Part shown: positions 11,502-24,937 of the stretch, piece after piece
Layout of the letters: each line of letters begins with the position of its first letter
Position numbering within the stretch: the first letter of the stretch is position 1
Assembly: GCF_001194135.2 (NCBI RefSeq)
Contig: NC_068982.1
Location: 144,452,139 to 144,516,138, forward strand
Direction: 5' to 3'
Origin: Octopus bimaculoides
Taxonomy: Eukaryota
DNA: 64,000 nucleotides
Translations under genes and position numbers: made by a program
The notes under the pieces: model-generated
What the model was told of the DNA's origin: nothing
The model's database searches: none
Seen by the model: only the letters and a program-made list of their open reading frames with translations

Positions 11502-11878
11502 CCCTGGACTGGTTCTTGTGCGGGTGGCACATGAGATGCACCATTTTGAGCGTGGCCGTTGCCAGTACCGCCTGACTGGCTCCTGTAGGATTTTCGAGCG
11601 AGATCGTTGCCAGTGCCCCTGGACTGGCTTGTGCGGGTGGCACATAAAAGACACCATTTCGAGCGTGGCCGTTTTCGTGCGGGTGACACGTAAAAGCACC
11701 CACTACACTCTCTGAGTGGTTGGCGTTAGGAAGGGCATCCAGCTGTAGAAACTCTGCCAAATCAGACTGGAGCCTGGTGTTGCCATCCGGTTTCACCAGT
11801 CCTCAGTCAAATCGTCCAACCCATGCTAGCATGGAAAGCGGACGTTAAACGATGATGATGATGATGATGATGATGATG
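11502..11878 (+). mobile_element. 5'-truncated RTE LINE 3' end with (GAT)n tail; young and CpG-rich
   Basis: Ends ...ccaacccatgctagcatggaaagcggacgttaaac(gat)n; many copies in the window; linked to RTE ORF C-terminus at 46104-46900. Confidence 0.85.
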
Positions 11879-13020
11879 GACGAGTCCATTGTATTACACA
11901 ACACACATACATACATACATGTGAATACATGCATGTGTATCTATGCATGCATACATATATATACTATTTCCATGCATTACCTAGTCAATAAAAGAAATAG
12001 TGATTCTACGTATGTAATGTATTGAGCACTAACTACGGTCATAGTCTATCTCATTCAATATTGAGATTTATACTGAGTATACACACAAGCGTATATGCTA
12101 AAACATTCTAAGATGTTGAAGCCGAAATGCATGGAAAACTACACTATAAAACCATTTTTTTTTAAAAGTAAAACAAGACAAAAGTTGATTCTAGTGCTCT
12201 ATTTCACAACTTCTCTTAAAATGTTTAGTCATAGGAATTAGTTGGATGGCTTTGCATTAGAAGAGAAAAAGAAAAATGTGGCACCATATGATTCTCCTAC
12301 ACTGTGATACAAATGTTTGCTACCTTGGTTGAAAAGTTAGTCCTTTCACAGGGTTGATAAGTAATTATGATACAATATTTGTCTATTGGAAATCAGTTTC
12401 TCACATATTCAAGATGACAGCCTGTTGAACTGACATGTCTAGAATTTAGCATACTGCTTTTAATGGCATGTTTGCTGTGGATTTGAACCCATGATTCATG
12501 AGCTATTCTACATCTTAATTCTTACAGTTTATTAAGACAAATCTAAATGTTAATAGGTTACAATTCAAAATAGACTCTTTCACATGTCTATATAGTGTCA
12601 TATAGTAGTAATTAGTTATTCACCTTCAGTCAATGTTTTTACTTCTTATTCCTGTCATGACCTCATGAAAATCACTTAAAGACTCATTTTACTCCTATTT
12701 TATGCGATAGATTAGCATTAGGAAGATCAACCAGTTTACAAACATCTATATTACCAACAATTCACAAGATGTAATAGTAGGCTTTGTTGATTAACATATC
12801 ACAAGATAATTTTAATTTATAATCTTTAGTTGATTTTTCTCACTTCAAGTATTATTTTATTTGTATTTTCGTGTACCCTACTTCTGAGATAGGACAAATC
12901 AATAATTCCACAGATGTCTCCTGATTGATAGCAGTCTGAACCCAGAGGAGACTTGATAATAATTAACATTGATTCAATACATTACACTTTTTAGCTCCAT
13001 TTTATTTTTATTCACATAGG

Positions 13021-13567
13021 TACAGGCATGGCTGTGTGGTAAGAAGCTTGCTTTCCAACCACATGGTTCCTGGTTCAGTCCCACAGCATGGCACCTTGAG
13101 TAAGTGTCTTCTATGATAACCTCTTCTTTCCTAAAATATCAACATTCTGGAATTCTCTCCAGATCTTTCCCAAAACACATGTATATGTACATGCACGTAT
13201 GCAAACATATATACAACCATACACATCCTTCTATACACACACACAGTATGTCCCTGGCTCAAGAGTTCCAGGGTTTTGAGGAGTGTGGAACCACCTCCTA
13301 GCCACAATTATTCCCAAGTCTACTCTGATCCTTGCGAGAGGATTTGATAGAGAGAAACTATGTGTGTGTCCCATCGCTGCTTGACAACTGCTGTTGGTGT
13401 GTTTACATTCCCATAATTCAGCAGTTCAGCAAGATGAGACCGATAGAATAAGTTCTAGGGTTTTAAAAAAAATTAGTCTTGGGGGTCAATTTGTTCAACT
13501 AAAACCCTTCAAGGCGGTGCTCCAGCACAGCCACAGTCAAATGACTGAAACAAGCAAAAGAATAAAA
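13021..13567 (+). mobile_element. tRNA-derived SINE (family A) interrupted by a ~205-bp insertion
   Basis: 5' part 13021-13123 and 3' part ~13330-13567 match intact copies at 15388 and 17103. Confidence 0.8.
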
Positions 13568-15387
13568 TGCAAGGGGACAACTCCAACAATTTTTCAGTAA
13601 CTAACCTTGAGTTAAATTTAAAATTAGAAATTCCAATTCATCCAATAAATGAAAAACTTTATATCATATTAATAGCTATTTCCATGCTGGGAAATTTCAG
13701 TTTTGTTTTTATCTATTTCCTCAAACAATGACTGATTTACACCAAGTGATTAAAAGATATGAAGGTAACAGCAAAGTGGCAAATCTTCAGTGATAATTTA
13801 ATATACAACTTTCATTTACACTAACAATAGCCAAAAAAAAATTTGTTTTTTCTGTTCTGCTCACAAGTACCTCTATAAAATCATATGAAAACTATTTCTA
13901 TATAATCACTTAACCTACTCTATTTAGCAGCCACATTTCTAGCAACTAACTACTATTGTTAGACAGCTAGTATGTCTCTAAAACCTAAAATCTTTGGACA
14001 GTATGCTTGAATAAAGATTTGGCTAGAACACTGAAGAAATGAACTTGAAATGTAAACCAACACTTCAAGCATCTTACAGTTCTATGTTTAAAGTAGTGGA
14101 CTGACAAGTTACTTTAAAACTACTATAGGATCTTATAGATCTGCTTAAGCAGAGTTAACTATATTTACATGTAGGAGGTACTGAATGTGTAGGTTGCTCC
14201 TCAGCATTTTATCAGCTACTTGCATATGCCATCATTCTGTTCAAGTTAACTGAGGCTATTCACAACCACAACCACTGATACCATTCTTGTGACTTAAATG
14301 AATACTTCATGGCAGGTATTATCAAATTTCCATTCACTTCAAATTTATATATAACTTATTTATAAAAGTAAAACCTGGAAAAATATCCTATAAGATTATA
14401 GCCACAGAGCAAAAAAAAACAAAAAAAAAACAATGGTTGTTGTGTCTATCAAAGTATCAACCATAACATACAAAGCTAAGAGAAATTTTCATGAAAACAT
14501 ACTTCAAGTAAATGCTTTTTGTTGTTTATATTTCCTATGAGTTACTTAGCAAACTCATTTAACACCATAAGGACCAATTAGTGGTAGGAGGGTATATCCG
14601 AAATAAAAATTAATGAGTATTATTAAGATGCTATATCCTGTACTCACTAGCATCAGCTTCATTACAGCAACGTTGAGGTTAGTTTAAACCTGAAGCTATT
14701 TAATAGTCTGGCCACACGACTACTCCTAATCAAGATATTCTACTCATCAGGTTAGAAAGATACATATGACAACATCTGGAGATAATGAGAATCTCTACCA
14801 ATATGACAAAATATATATATATATATATATATATATCTTCATCTTCATATATACTTAATGACTGAACAATTATTAATAGTTGATTGGACTAAATGAACAC
14901 TTCTTTTGAAAAGTACCCTAAAACTGCTTACCAACAAATACTTGCAGGTAGAATGCTAGTGTTTCATAGTAAATATTCCCAGAGCCAGCCATGAGGTCTA
15001 GATGAACTAAACTGTGTATAATTGACTTGTTCCAAGTTAATAAATTACTGGCAATGGATTTGAACTTACAAACCATATGCCCAATACCTTATCACATTAA
15101 CCACTTTACCATTACAATTCTTAAATTACATTTACCTAAAAATATTTTCAGACTGTGAAATTACTATGTAGTAAAAAAAGTGTAATGACAAGAGATAGCA
15201 GTTCAATTCCATGAAAGAATTTGATATTCTTTCAGAAGAAACATTAAAATGGAGAACTAATAATATAGTCGAAACTAATGATGTGAAAAATCCCAAGATG
15301 ACTTTCATAATACAAATGAAGTGTAAGAAACCAATGCCTATTTTCTACCAATCTGGTCCTAGATAAAAAAAATATATATGTAGATAT

Positions 15388-15783
15388 AGGCGCAGGAGTG
15401 GCTGTGTGGTAAGTAGCTTGCTTACCAACCACATGGTTCCGGGTTCACTCCCACTGCATGGCACCTTGGACAAGTGTCTTCTACTACAGCCTCAGGCCGA
15501 CCAAAGCCTTGTGAGTGGATTTGGTAGACGGAAACTGAAAGAAGCCTGTCGTATATATGTGTATATATATATATGTGTGTATGTGTGTGTTTGTCTCCGC
15601 AACATCGCTTGACAACCGATGCTGGTGTCTTTATGTCCCCGTAACTTAGCGGTTCAGCAAAAGAGACCGATAGAATAAGTACTAGGCTTCCAAAGAATAA
15701 GTCCTGGGGTCGATTTGCTCGACTAAAGGCGGTGCTCCAGTATGGCCGCAGTCAAATGACTGAAACAAGTAAGTAAAGAAAGT
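15388..15783 (+). mobile_element. Full-length tRNA-derived SINE (family A)
   Basis: ggcgcaggagtggctgtgtggtaag head, ggttcactcc B-box-like motif, internal (TA/TG)n, tail ...gactgaaacaagtaa; near-identical layout to 17103-17490. Confidence 0.9.
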
Positions 15784-16630
15784 ATATATATATATATATT
15801 TCTATATATATATATATATAACATTTTTTTTTTCTCTGTTTGTTGCCTCTTTATTCAAAGTTTATAGATACAGGCATGCCTGAGTGATTAACAAACTGGC
15901 TTCATAGTCATGAGGTTTGAGGTTCAATCCCAATGTGTAGCATCTTGGGCAAGTGTCTTTCGCCATAGATACCGGCTAATACAAGCCTAGTGAGTGAAAC
16001 TGAATAGATACCCATCAGATGGATTGTACCTGTCATCCAAAGGCTCAACTTTGTCACCGTGCCACACTAACTCTACTTGTGAAGTATGTTGATGATATAA
16101 TTCAGTGAAAAGCCAGATCAGTTGATTTAAGAACTGGATATTCATACATTATCCTCAAAGAAGAGTCCACTATCATCATCACATTCAATTTAATATACAG
16201 TTAGTTAACTAAGATTAGTAGAGGCAATGAAGGAGTTTTCTTGAATTTTATCACATAACCAAATTTGTGGCTATCTTGTTAGAAAAAAAAAAAAACTTGG
16301 TGCATTGTGATTTGGTCTTTTTTTTTTTTTTTCTCACAAATTACTAAAACTTGAAACAAATACCCAAAATATTCTTTTTCTTTCTTTTAAATTATACTCT
16401 AAATTAACTAGCCTAAATGTAATTATGAAATTTTAACAAAATTTTAATGTCATTCCCAGATATTAATTTAAAAAAAGGAACTGTTGTAAAGCATTCAGGT
16501 ACTTTACAACAATACTAGAAACAGTGTAACTCGTATACTAATCCAGTTATAAATAATTGCTTGTAACATAAGGTTAAAATCCCCATTGAACTTGAAGAAG
16601 GCAGAAAGGTACCCGTGGACTTAAATCAAG

Positions 16631-16782
16631 CATGTAGGTCTGATCAATAAGTATTCGGACTGTTGCCATAGTAACGAAGCTAAAGCACACAGAGTAAAGG
16701 CCACTTCGCACAAATTGACCTTGAACTCTACTGTGCATGTGTATATGGCAACAGCCTGGATACTTATTGATCAGACCTCATA
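16631..16782. mobile_element. Tc1/mariner-type MITE
   Basis: ~35-bp TIRs aggtctgatcaataagtattcggactgttgccata / tatggcaacagcctggatacttattgatcagacct; right end flanked by TA. Confidence 0.8.
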
Positions 16783-17102
16783 TATGACTATCTGGGTTAC
16801 AATAGATATGTGGTGCAAATGCTACAGATACCTTTGTACCTTTTTTTACTGTCCAGGGGGTTTTTAACTCCATGTGTTATAAACTATCATTTATAACTGG
16901 ATTAGTATTTGAAATTTATCATTTATAGAAGACTTATTTACATATTTCTCAAAACTTCTAGATTCTAAATATAAGCATTCAAGTAAAATATTTTCTTTGC
17001 TACTTTTCTTCCATACACAGCCCATATAATGGGGTTATGTAGAATTTCAGATGAGCCTTTCTTGTACTTGCTTTTCATCTTTCATCAAAAGCTTTAAAAT
17101 AT

Positions 17103-17490
17103 AGGTGCAGGAGTGGCTGTGTGGTAAGTAGCTTACTTACCAACCACATGGTTCCGGGTTCAGTCCCACTGTGTGGCATCATGGGCAAGTGTCTTCTACT
17201 ATAGCCTCAGGCCGACCAAAGCCTTGTGAGTGGATTTGGTAGACGGAAACTGAAAGAAGCCTATCATATATATGTATATATATATGTGTGTGTCTGTGTT
17301 TGTCCCTCTAGCATTGCTTGACAACTGATGCTGGGCTGTTTACGTCTCCATAACTTAGCGGTTGGGCAGAAGAGACCGATAGAATAAGTACTAGGCTTAC
17401 AAAGAATAAGTCCTGGGGTCGATTTGCTCGACTAAAGGCGGTGCTCCAGCATGGCCACATTCAAATGACTGAAACAGGTAAAAGAGTAAA
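17103..17490 (+). mobile_element. Full-length tRNA-derived SINE (family A)
   Basis: Same head, body and tail as 15388-15783. Confidence 0.9.
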
Positions 17491-20065
17491 TATAAAGTTT
17501 GCATGTCACATTTTTTTTTTTTTATCACCTACTACCAGCTTACAACATTTAATGTATCTGATTCTCACCAATCATGGAGAACCTAACTTCAACTTCATTC
17601 TTCCAGCTAACACATGCACCCTTATTTCCAACCAACTTTTTAGTTCTGAAAGATTTTATCTCTCAGGGTTCACTTGCAGTTTCTTTCCAGATGTCGTAAG
17701 TTGTATATTAAAAATTTTTTTCTTTCTTTTTTCTTCTTTCGAGACATGTATTATGCAGTCATAATATAATCTAGCCATTGTACCAAATTTCTATCTCTCT
17801 ACTGATTATGTCAAGCAGATAAAAATTTTCTTATTGAATCCAACAACTTACTAGTTTCAGAGAATAGTCTAATGATTCATGTTCTGTGTATCAGTGTATA
17901 TATTCTACACAAAATTACACTACATTTCTATAATTACAATCTTCATAAGAATAATAATTTTAGTAGGAAGCATTGAAAAAGCATTAAGAGACTCAAGTGC
18001 GTTAAACAAATTAAGTTTATAACAGTCTCAGTCTAAAGTAGATGCAGTAATATTGATTAGAGTGGATAAGATAAGCAAAAGAAATTTCCAGTGCTTCAAT
18101 ACTCTTTTTATGATCATATTTCTGTTGAAATGCAGTGTCCTTATGTTTCAATTAAAAATTCTGAAGAATTCAGAAAAATAACTGAATTTTTATTTTTCTC
18201 AACGTGGTGTCTGGAACAGGTCGTTAAATTTTGTTTACATAAAATTATGTTGGAAGCTTTAAACTTAAATATAAACACTTATAAAACAGGCAAGTTTTGT
18301 ATCATAGAATCAATGATAGCTACAAGTAGTTTCTTATCAAAAAGGTTTAAACGAAGGAGGTCATTTTGCAACAAAACTACTTTTTCATCATCACCAATTT
18401 ACATGAATTTTTCCATGCTAGTTTGAACTGGATAGACCTTCCAACATCTCACCTTCAGAACAGTCCCTAGACATTCAGTATCTGGCACAGAACAGAGAAA
18501 AGCTAGTGCAGTCCATAGTTGTATAGCTCGTGTTATTTTAGGTGCAATTTTTATAACTGATTCCCTTTCCTATCACCCACTACCTTACAGCATACACAAG
18601 ATGCATTTTATCATATCACTGGTACTAGACAGGTTGACAGGGTATCTGACAAGATTAAAGAGTTTCCTCTACTTATGTTATCGCAATTCAATTGTTTAAT
18701 AGTTAAGTTAGTGTTAACATATTCAAGGCATGCAGCTTTAAAAGGCTAACTAGAAATAAATTTATGGTGAGAGAAAAAATAGCCAATTACTATTATTTTC
18801 ATTTTTCTTAGCACAATTTCAAATGTGTTTTGGTCTTAATCTGGATCTTCTCAGCTAATCAATGTCTTTAGCATACTTTCTAAAGTAAGAAATTAATAAA
18901 CCACTAATTAAATACATAAGATTGTACACATATTGGCCTATGAGATGTTTAGATATTTGAAGATTCAGAGATACCATCTACATGAAAAACAATTAGTTGG
19001 TTATCCAAATAATGTCCAAATTTCTGCCTAAAATTTCATGAATAAGCAAATCCATATCAAAGTGAAACAAGAATTCAAGGAATGGTTACTCCTGTTACTA
19101 AAAGGTCTAATAGCATATTTAAAATTAATTTATTATATAATTAAAACTCACTAAGTATTATAAATATCTTACAATATTTTTGTTTCATCACCCAATATTC
19201 CCAGTTCAAATCCTACCAATATCAACAAAAATAGGTACCAGTAATATACTGTTACCAATTCAATTAACTATCCAACTCTCTTACAAAAACTGGCCCTGTC
19301 TCAAGTAAACAATGAAGATAATGGTGACAACAGCAAGAATATATAAAGGCTATTTTAAATACATCAAAACAAACAAAAAAGTCTTTCAAAATATATATTA
19401 GTGAATTTAGTGAAATAAAAAGGTTTGGATTTCTTCTCGTTTATAATAAAAATGGATCACAGAATTCTCCCATACCAATATAATTTTAAAAAGAAATTAT
19501 TTACTTTATATGCAAAATTGTAGGCAACAAGAGATTTTAACGAACAAATGTCAAATATAATTATCAAATATAAAACTGACAAAGATTATTTAACTGGTGC
19601 GAAATAGTTTTGGGACGAAACGACGATTGATAAGAAAACGAAAATAGTAAAACATAACAAAGGTATGGGAGATAATTCTTGATAATAAAATAACACGCAG
19701 ACATAAGAAACAATTTTAAGAAATACTAAATATATTCTATAAAAATATTATAAACAGAAATCATAACAGATAATTGGTAATAAAAAGACATATACAGAGC
19801 TAACTCAATATAACAATTTCACGTTATAACAGACCCTGAATACACTTTATCATAAATAAAAGTCTGCACGAGTCGTCAAAAAGTTATCTCCCCTATATCA
19901 CACAATTTAGTTTCTCAAGATATATTCCTTAAAAATTGAAACTATCTTACAAAACAATTTTTTTTCAAAGAATTTTTTTATGGAGGAGGGTATCTATCTA
20001 TCTATCTATGTATCTTATAATGGAGAAAGCTGCATATTAATTAGGTATGTAACAGTTACTAAAAA

Positions 20066-20733
20066 TCTATAATATAATGGAGAAAGGTGCTCATTAATTA
20101 GGTATGTAGTGACTAAAAGAAAGCAATTATTAAAGGCTTGACCATCTGGAAATTTTTTTATAAATTAATGTTTCAAGAAATTTCCTATCATTTCGATTTC
20201 TGAAGTTTATTGAATATTTGAACTTCAGGTTATTCAGAAATTTACATATTTTTTGCATTTATTACAGAGTAGATTTAATAAACAATATAAATTTGTTGCA
20301 GGCGGAATTTTCCATTTTTTACTCGCATCAATCTCTCACTCTCTCTAGCCTCTATTTTCATTAATGATAATTTAATATATATTCATTTCAGTGTTTTCAT
20401 TTCAAGTTTTAATTCGCTAATTGCAAAACCTATATTATTCTCTATATGTAATCTGAAAAAAAAAAAGATTATTTATTGAATGAATACTATTAGACAAAAT
20501 AGCTGTATAACTTTGAAGCTTCCATAATATAGTGTACCAGTATTATTTATCTTTTTTAAATTAAGAAGTGAGTTTGTTGGTATGACTGTCTGGAATGCTA
20601 TAAGCCTTACAATAATAACTATGTGATCACTGCTATTTCTAGAAAGCTAAACGTGCTAGGGTTACCTTGAAGTTTCTTTAAATTACAGATATATTACAAC
20701 TACGATAAATTACCGAAAGAAATATTTACTAAG
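20066..20733 (+). mobile_element. Degenerate Helitron-like element with a tandem copy of its 5' end at ~20010-20065
   Basis: Starts A|TCTATAATATAA; ends with an imperfect hairpin (cgata aat taccg) and ctaag|t. Confidence 0.35.
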
Positions 20734-22269
20734 TAAGTGAGATTTTTTGCGGAGGGTGAAAGTGGTAACAAAAACAGGACAGTGAGAACAAAACAGTAAA
20801 AACAAATGGTGAGGGCTGTTAAGCCAAGACGATGTGAAGTGGCGTGCATGTATGTATGTATGTATGTATACATGGATCCCATTATCACTTAACTGTAACA
20901 GGGTAACATTCAAGAAATATATTCATAAGTAAAACTACCTTCACCAATGACAAATAGCCAAATATGTATAAGCAACTGGCTAAAATGATAAAGACATATA
21001 TAAGAAATAACAAACTATATATAAACAAACAAATAAAAGCATAGCTTCTAAGAAGATAACCACAAAAGATTTAAAAATATAATTAAAAGATATGGTAATT
21101 TCTGAGGGGATTCTGTCTTGGCACCGTAAACTACCAAAACAAACATTAGTTCTCATTTCAGCACAGTGTTATCTCTTTTCTCATAATTGTTCAGGTGAGG
21201 TAGTGGTTTAAACAACTTGTCCAAGGTTTACATTATTATCAGTGATAGGATATCTGGAATCAGTCTATTTCTGAAGTTTACATTATATATATATCCAACA
21301 AATTATATCATACAAAGATCTTTATCAGTAACACATCATTAACTAAGCCAAATAATGCCATCAAATTAGAGCAAGATACATTTTGAGAAAAAAAAACTGA
21401 TCTAAAAGTTAATTTAAAAGGAACTGAAGTTTACTTAAAGATTGAGACAATTGGGGTGAATTCATTTTAGAGACCTGTTGAATCTGTATTTTATATACAC
21501 TTTGCATCCTAATGCATTAAGTTTCTTGCATGATTGATCTTTAGTCTGTGGATTAACCCCCCCCCCCTCTCTCTCACAAACACACACTCATCGTTTAACA
21601 TCCACTCTCCATGCTAGCACAGGTTACACAGTTGACCAGAATCCAGAAAGTCAGAGGACTACATTGTGTTCCCATGCCTATTTGGGAAAGGTTTCTGCAG
21701 CTGAATGCCCTTCATATCACTAACAACTTCACAGGGTGTACTGGGCGCTTTTGTCATGACAACACCAATTGTGAAGTTGCCTTACAACTTTCAGGTCAGA
21801 AATCAAAGAGGCTCTCATAACTGAAGGAAATCAGGAGGGAGATAGAGAGTGTAATGAGGTAGGGCCCAGGGCTATCCCACATTATAAAGGTAAATGTTAG
21901 CAAAAGGTGTGAGAGGAAAGGAATATGAAAGAGAAAAATAGAAGTGGTTGACAAAGGTACACACAGACTTCCTCCCTATTCACCTTTTAGCAATGGAAAC
22001 CCTTAAGTCCTTTAGTCTTTAAGTTCCAAGTCAATTCCATTAGTGCAGGTTCCACAAAAAAAACAAAAAACAATATACATTGTAAAGTGGTTGTTATTAG
22101 GAAGGTCATCCAGCCATAGAATCCATATCAATATAGAAACACTGAAACACAATGCCTCTGAATCCTCAGCTTCTATCAATCAGTCCAGTCTATGGAAAAT
22201 GAACAGAAAATAACACACCTGTTCCTGCAATGTCACTTTGATGGAAGGAGTGAGCTAATGTACAGCAGA

Positions 22270-22500
22270 TACATTTGATCATTATAAACAAACCACTTGT
22301 GCAATTTGTTCAGCAAGAAATTGCAGAATCATCTTTCTTGGACTACAAGACACTACCACCAATGCTACTATGTTATTGTTTTAGTGACCCAGCAAGGATA
22401 TACAAGATCTGGCAATGCCACCATGCATATTCTGATTTACAGGCTGCCAGAATATGCTTTAACGATGCTTAATTTCTACACACCCTAACGACTACAAAGA
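22270..22500 (-). mobile_element. Degenerate R2/NeSL-like non-LTR zinc-knuckle fragment
   Basis: Minus translation RVCRN*ASLKHILAACKSEYAWWHCQILYILA resembles C......SL.HIL..C....Y.WRH..VL. Confidence 0.55.
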
Positions 22501-23129
22501 TTTTCCTGCCCCAATATAGGATTTTTTTTCGCTTTCTTCAAACCACTTGAAGGTTTATCATGCTCCAGTCCACTCAGCTGGCCAAAATGAGTTGTAGCTG
22601 TAATTCAAAGGGGCCAGCCTTGTCATATTCTGTGTGAGGCTGATCACCCTGAGGACTATGTTAATGATATGCATGTCTGTGGAGTACTCAGCCACTTGCA
22701 AGTTGATTTTATCCTCGTGTGGTAATGAAACGTGAAAGTGACATCCAATATTTGCTGTGTCTATGTATCTATGTATTAAATTTTCTTTGGATCTATGTAT
22801 CTACTGTCTCTCTCACTTTCTCTCTTTCTCTTCCTCTCTGTCCCTCCCCTCTCCCACTTTCAATTTAACAATGTGTGTATGTATCTACTTTTCTTGCAAC
22901 GTGATAAACATTTAAAAACACAAAACAAATGCCATCACCACTCTCACACACACTCTCTCTCTCTCTCTCTCTCTCTTACTTCCTCTCTGAAACATTTAAA
23001 AACACAAAACGACTGTCTCTTTCACTCTCTCTCTTACTTTCTCTCTATCCTGCCACTCACTGCTTTGAAGTAAGTGTGACACACATGACAGGTACATACA
23101 AAAAGAACAAATTGGCATANNNNNNNNNN

Positions 23130-23313
23130 ACTGCCTTGAAGGATTTTAGTTGAACAAATCAACCCAAGTACTTATATCTTTTTGAAGCCTGGTACTTATT
23201 CTATCAGTCTCTTTTACCAAACCACTAAGTTATAGGTACATAAGCACACCAACACTGGTTGTCAAGCAGTGGGGGGGGGGGGAACAAAACTGACACACAG
23301 ACATACACAAAGA

Positions 23314-23344
<31 letters not shown>

Positions 23345-23510
23345 TTACGTGTGTGTGTGCACGTGATGGACTTCTTTCACTTTCTGTCTACAGAGTTCAC
23401 TCACAAGGCTTTGTGACAATAGTGGAAGATACTTGCCCAAGGTGCCACGCAGTGGGACTGAGCCCAGAAGCATGTGATCAGGAAGCAAACTTCATACTGC
23501 ACAGCCACAC
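23130..23510 (-). mobile_element. tRNA-derived SINE (family A)
   Basis: Reverse complement of the family A consensus (cacaaggctttg...cttgcccaaggtgccacgcagtgggactga...gcacagccacac). Confidence 0.8.
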
Positions 23511-24718
23511 TCCCCCCCCCCACACACACACACATATATATATATATAAAGAGAGGGGGGGTAAGAAAAGTACATAACATGCTGTTGAGCAAAAAAATTC
23601 CATATCAAAAATATTTCTAGTCTTGCCTTAAAACAATTTGGAGTTCATTACCCTAAGATCCCAATATTTGACCTAATTGCATTTCACTCAACTTTGGCAA
23701 GGTAGGAATCACATGTAACCTCTCAGTCAAAATGCTCATATATCAAAATATAGTGTAGTAAGAAAATTACAAGAACTATAATTTTATATAAGAAACTATT
23801 TCTAGCTCTATTTGAAAGCAACGTTGTTTTTTTTTTAAGTACACCTGGAGAGAGAATGCAGGTTTAATGATTGAAGAATTGATAATTTGAGATGGAACTG
23901 GAAATACTGTAATAACGATACTAGTAAATACATTTGATATCAAGCTCTAATCTATAACTGATATCCACAAAAAGTATTTAAGAAACTGATAGTATAGTTA
24001 AGAGCTAGGTAGAGGAATAATGCTAAATGTTAGGTTTTACTCGATTAAAATTATTGATTCTACTTGTACAGTCTAGTTCACTGATGTTATCACAGATGTT
24101 CCACATTTGCTAGGTCTAACTAGCCATTAATCAGTAATAAATATCGAGCATTTTCATACAGTAGTTAATACTTTAAACAACATGGTTACATTTGAAAACA
24201 TTTTAGTGCACAAATAACAAACTATTATGTTTATTATTTCTTTCACTCTTTCTACCAAAATAAGAAATTCATCTAATTTTGTACCTTATTAGTAGTGAGG
24301 GGGTAGATAAAAACGCATTTATGTCCAAGTTCTACTCAAATCATCATTTAATTTATGTAGCACCAATAATAACCCATCATTTGGCAATGTCTAAAAATAC
24401 ACAGCTAAACCATTCCGAGTAGAAGCAAATAGGGTAGGCAATAACAGTAAATAACTCCTTCTTAAAAAGGTTAGAATAATTATGGTTGTCAAAGTCTGTT
24501 GCAGGTTTAGATTTCACTGGCCTCATTACAATAACAGTTTTCCAGACAGAACTAGGTGCTCCACAATAACAAATCCAGAATTACAAACTGATGTATCCGA
24601 TAACACAGAGATGGTTGTTGCCAGGAAGTGAAAATAACAGTGAACTTACTATACACACACACACACACACAAACAAACACACACACACACACACACACAC
24701 ACANNNNNNNNNNACAAA

Positions 24719-24763
<45 letters not shown>

Positions 24764-24937
24764 GCATGCGGAAGAGAAAGATCAAGGAAGATCTGGAAAG
24801 ATGACACTAGACTGAGAGGAGTGTCAATATGCCAAACTGCAGACTCTTTAAACCATATAAGTATGGAAAAAATATTAAAATGTTGATTAGATGTTCCTTC
24901 ATCCAATAAGACATAACGAGGTGGAGAGCAGAGTCAG

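Noticed and set aside
11448-11796. Overlapping ORFs MKPDGNTRLQSDLAEFLQLDALPNANHSES... (also at 25.2, 36.9, 39.6, 46.2 and 54.7 kb)
   Set aside because: Antisense/sense readings of the RTE 3'UTR; they recur because the repeat recurs, not because they form a gene family.
15388-15470. tRNA-like A/B boxes
   Set aside because: SINE heads, not tRNA genes: no cloverleaf, and followed by SINE body and tail.
19560-19990. CpG-containing, A-rich segment suggestive of a DNA transposon
   Set aside because: No TIR pair or protein motif found; left unclassified.
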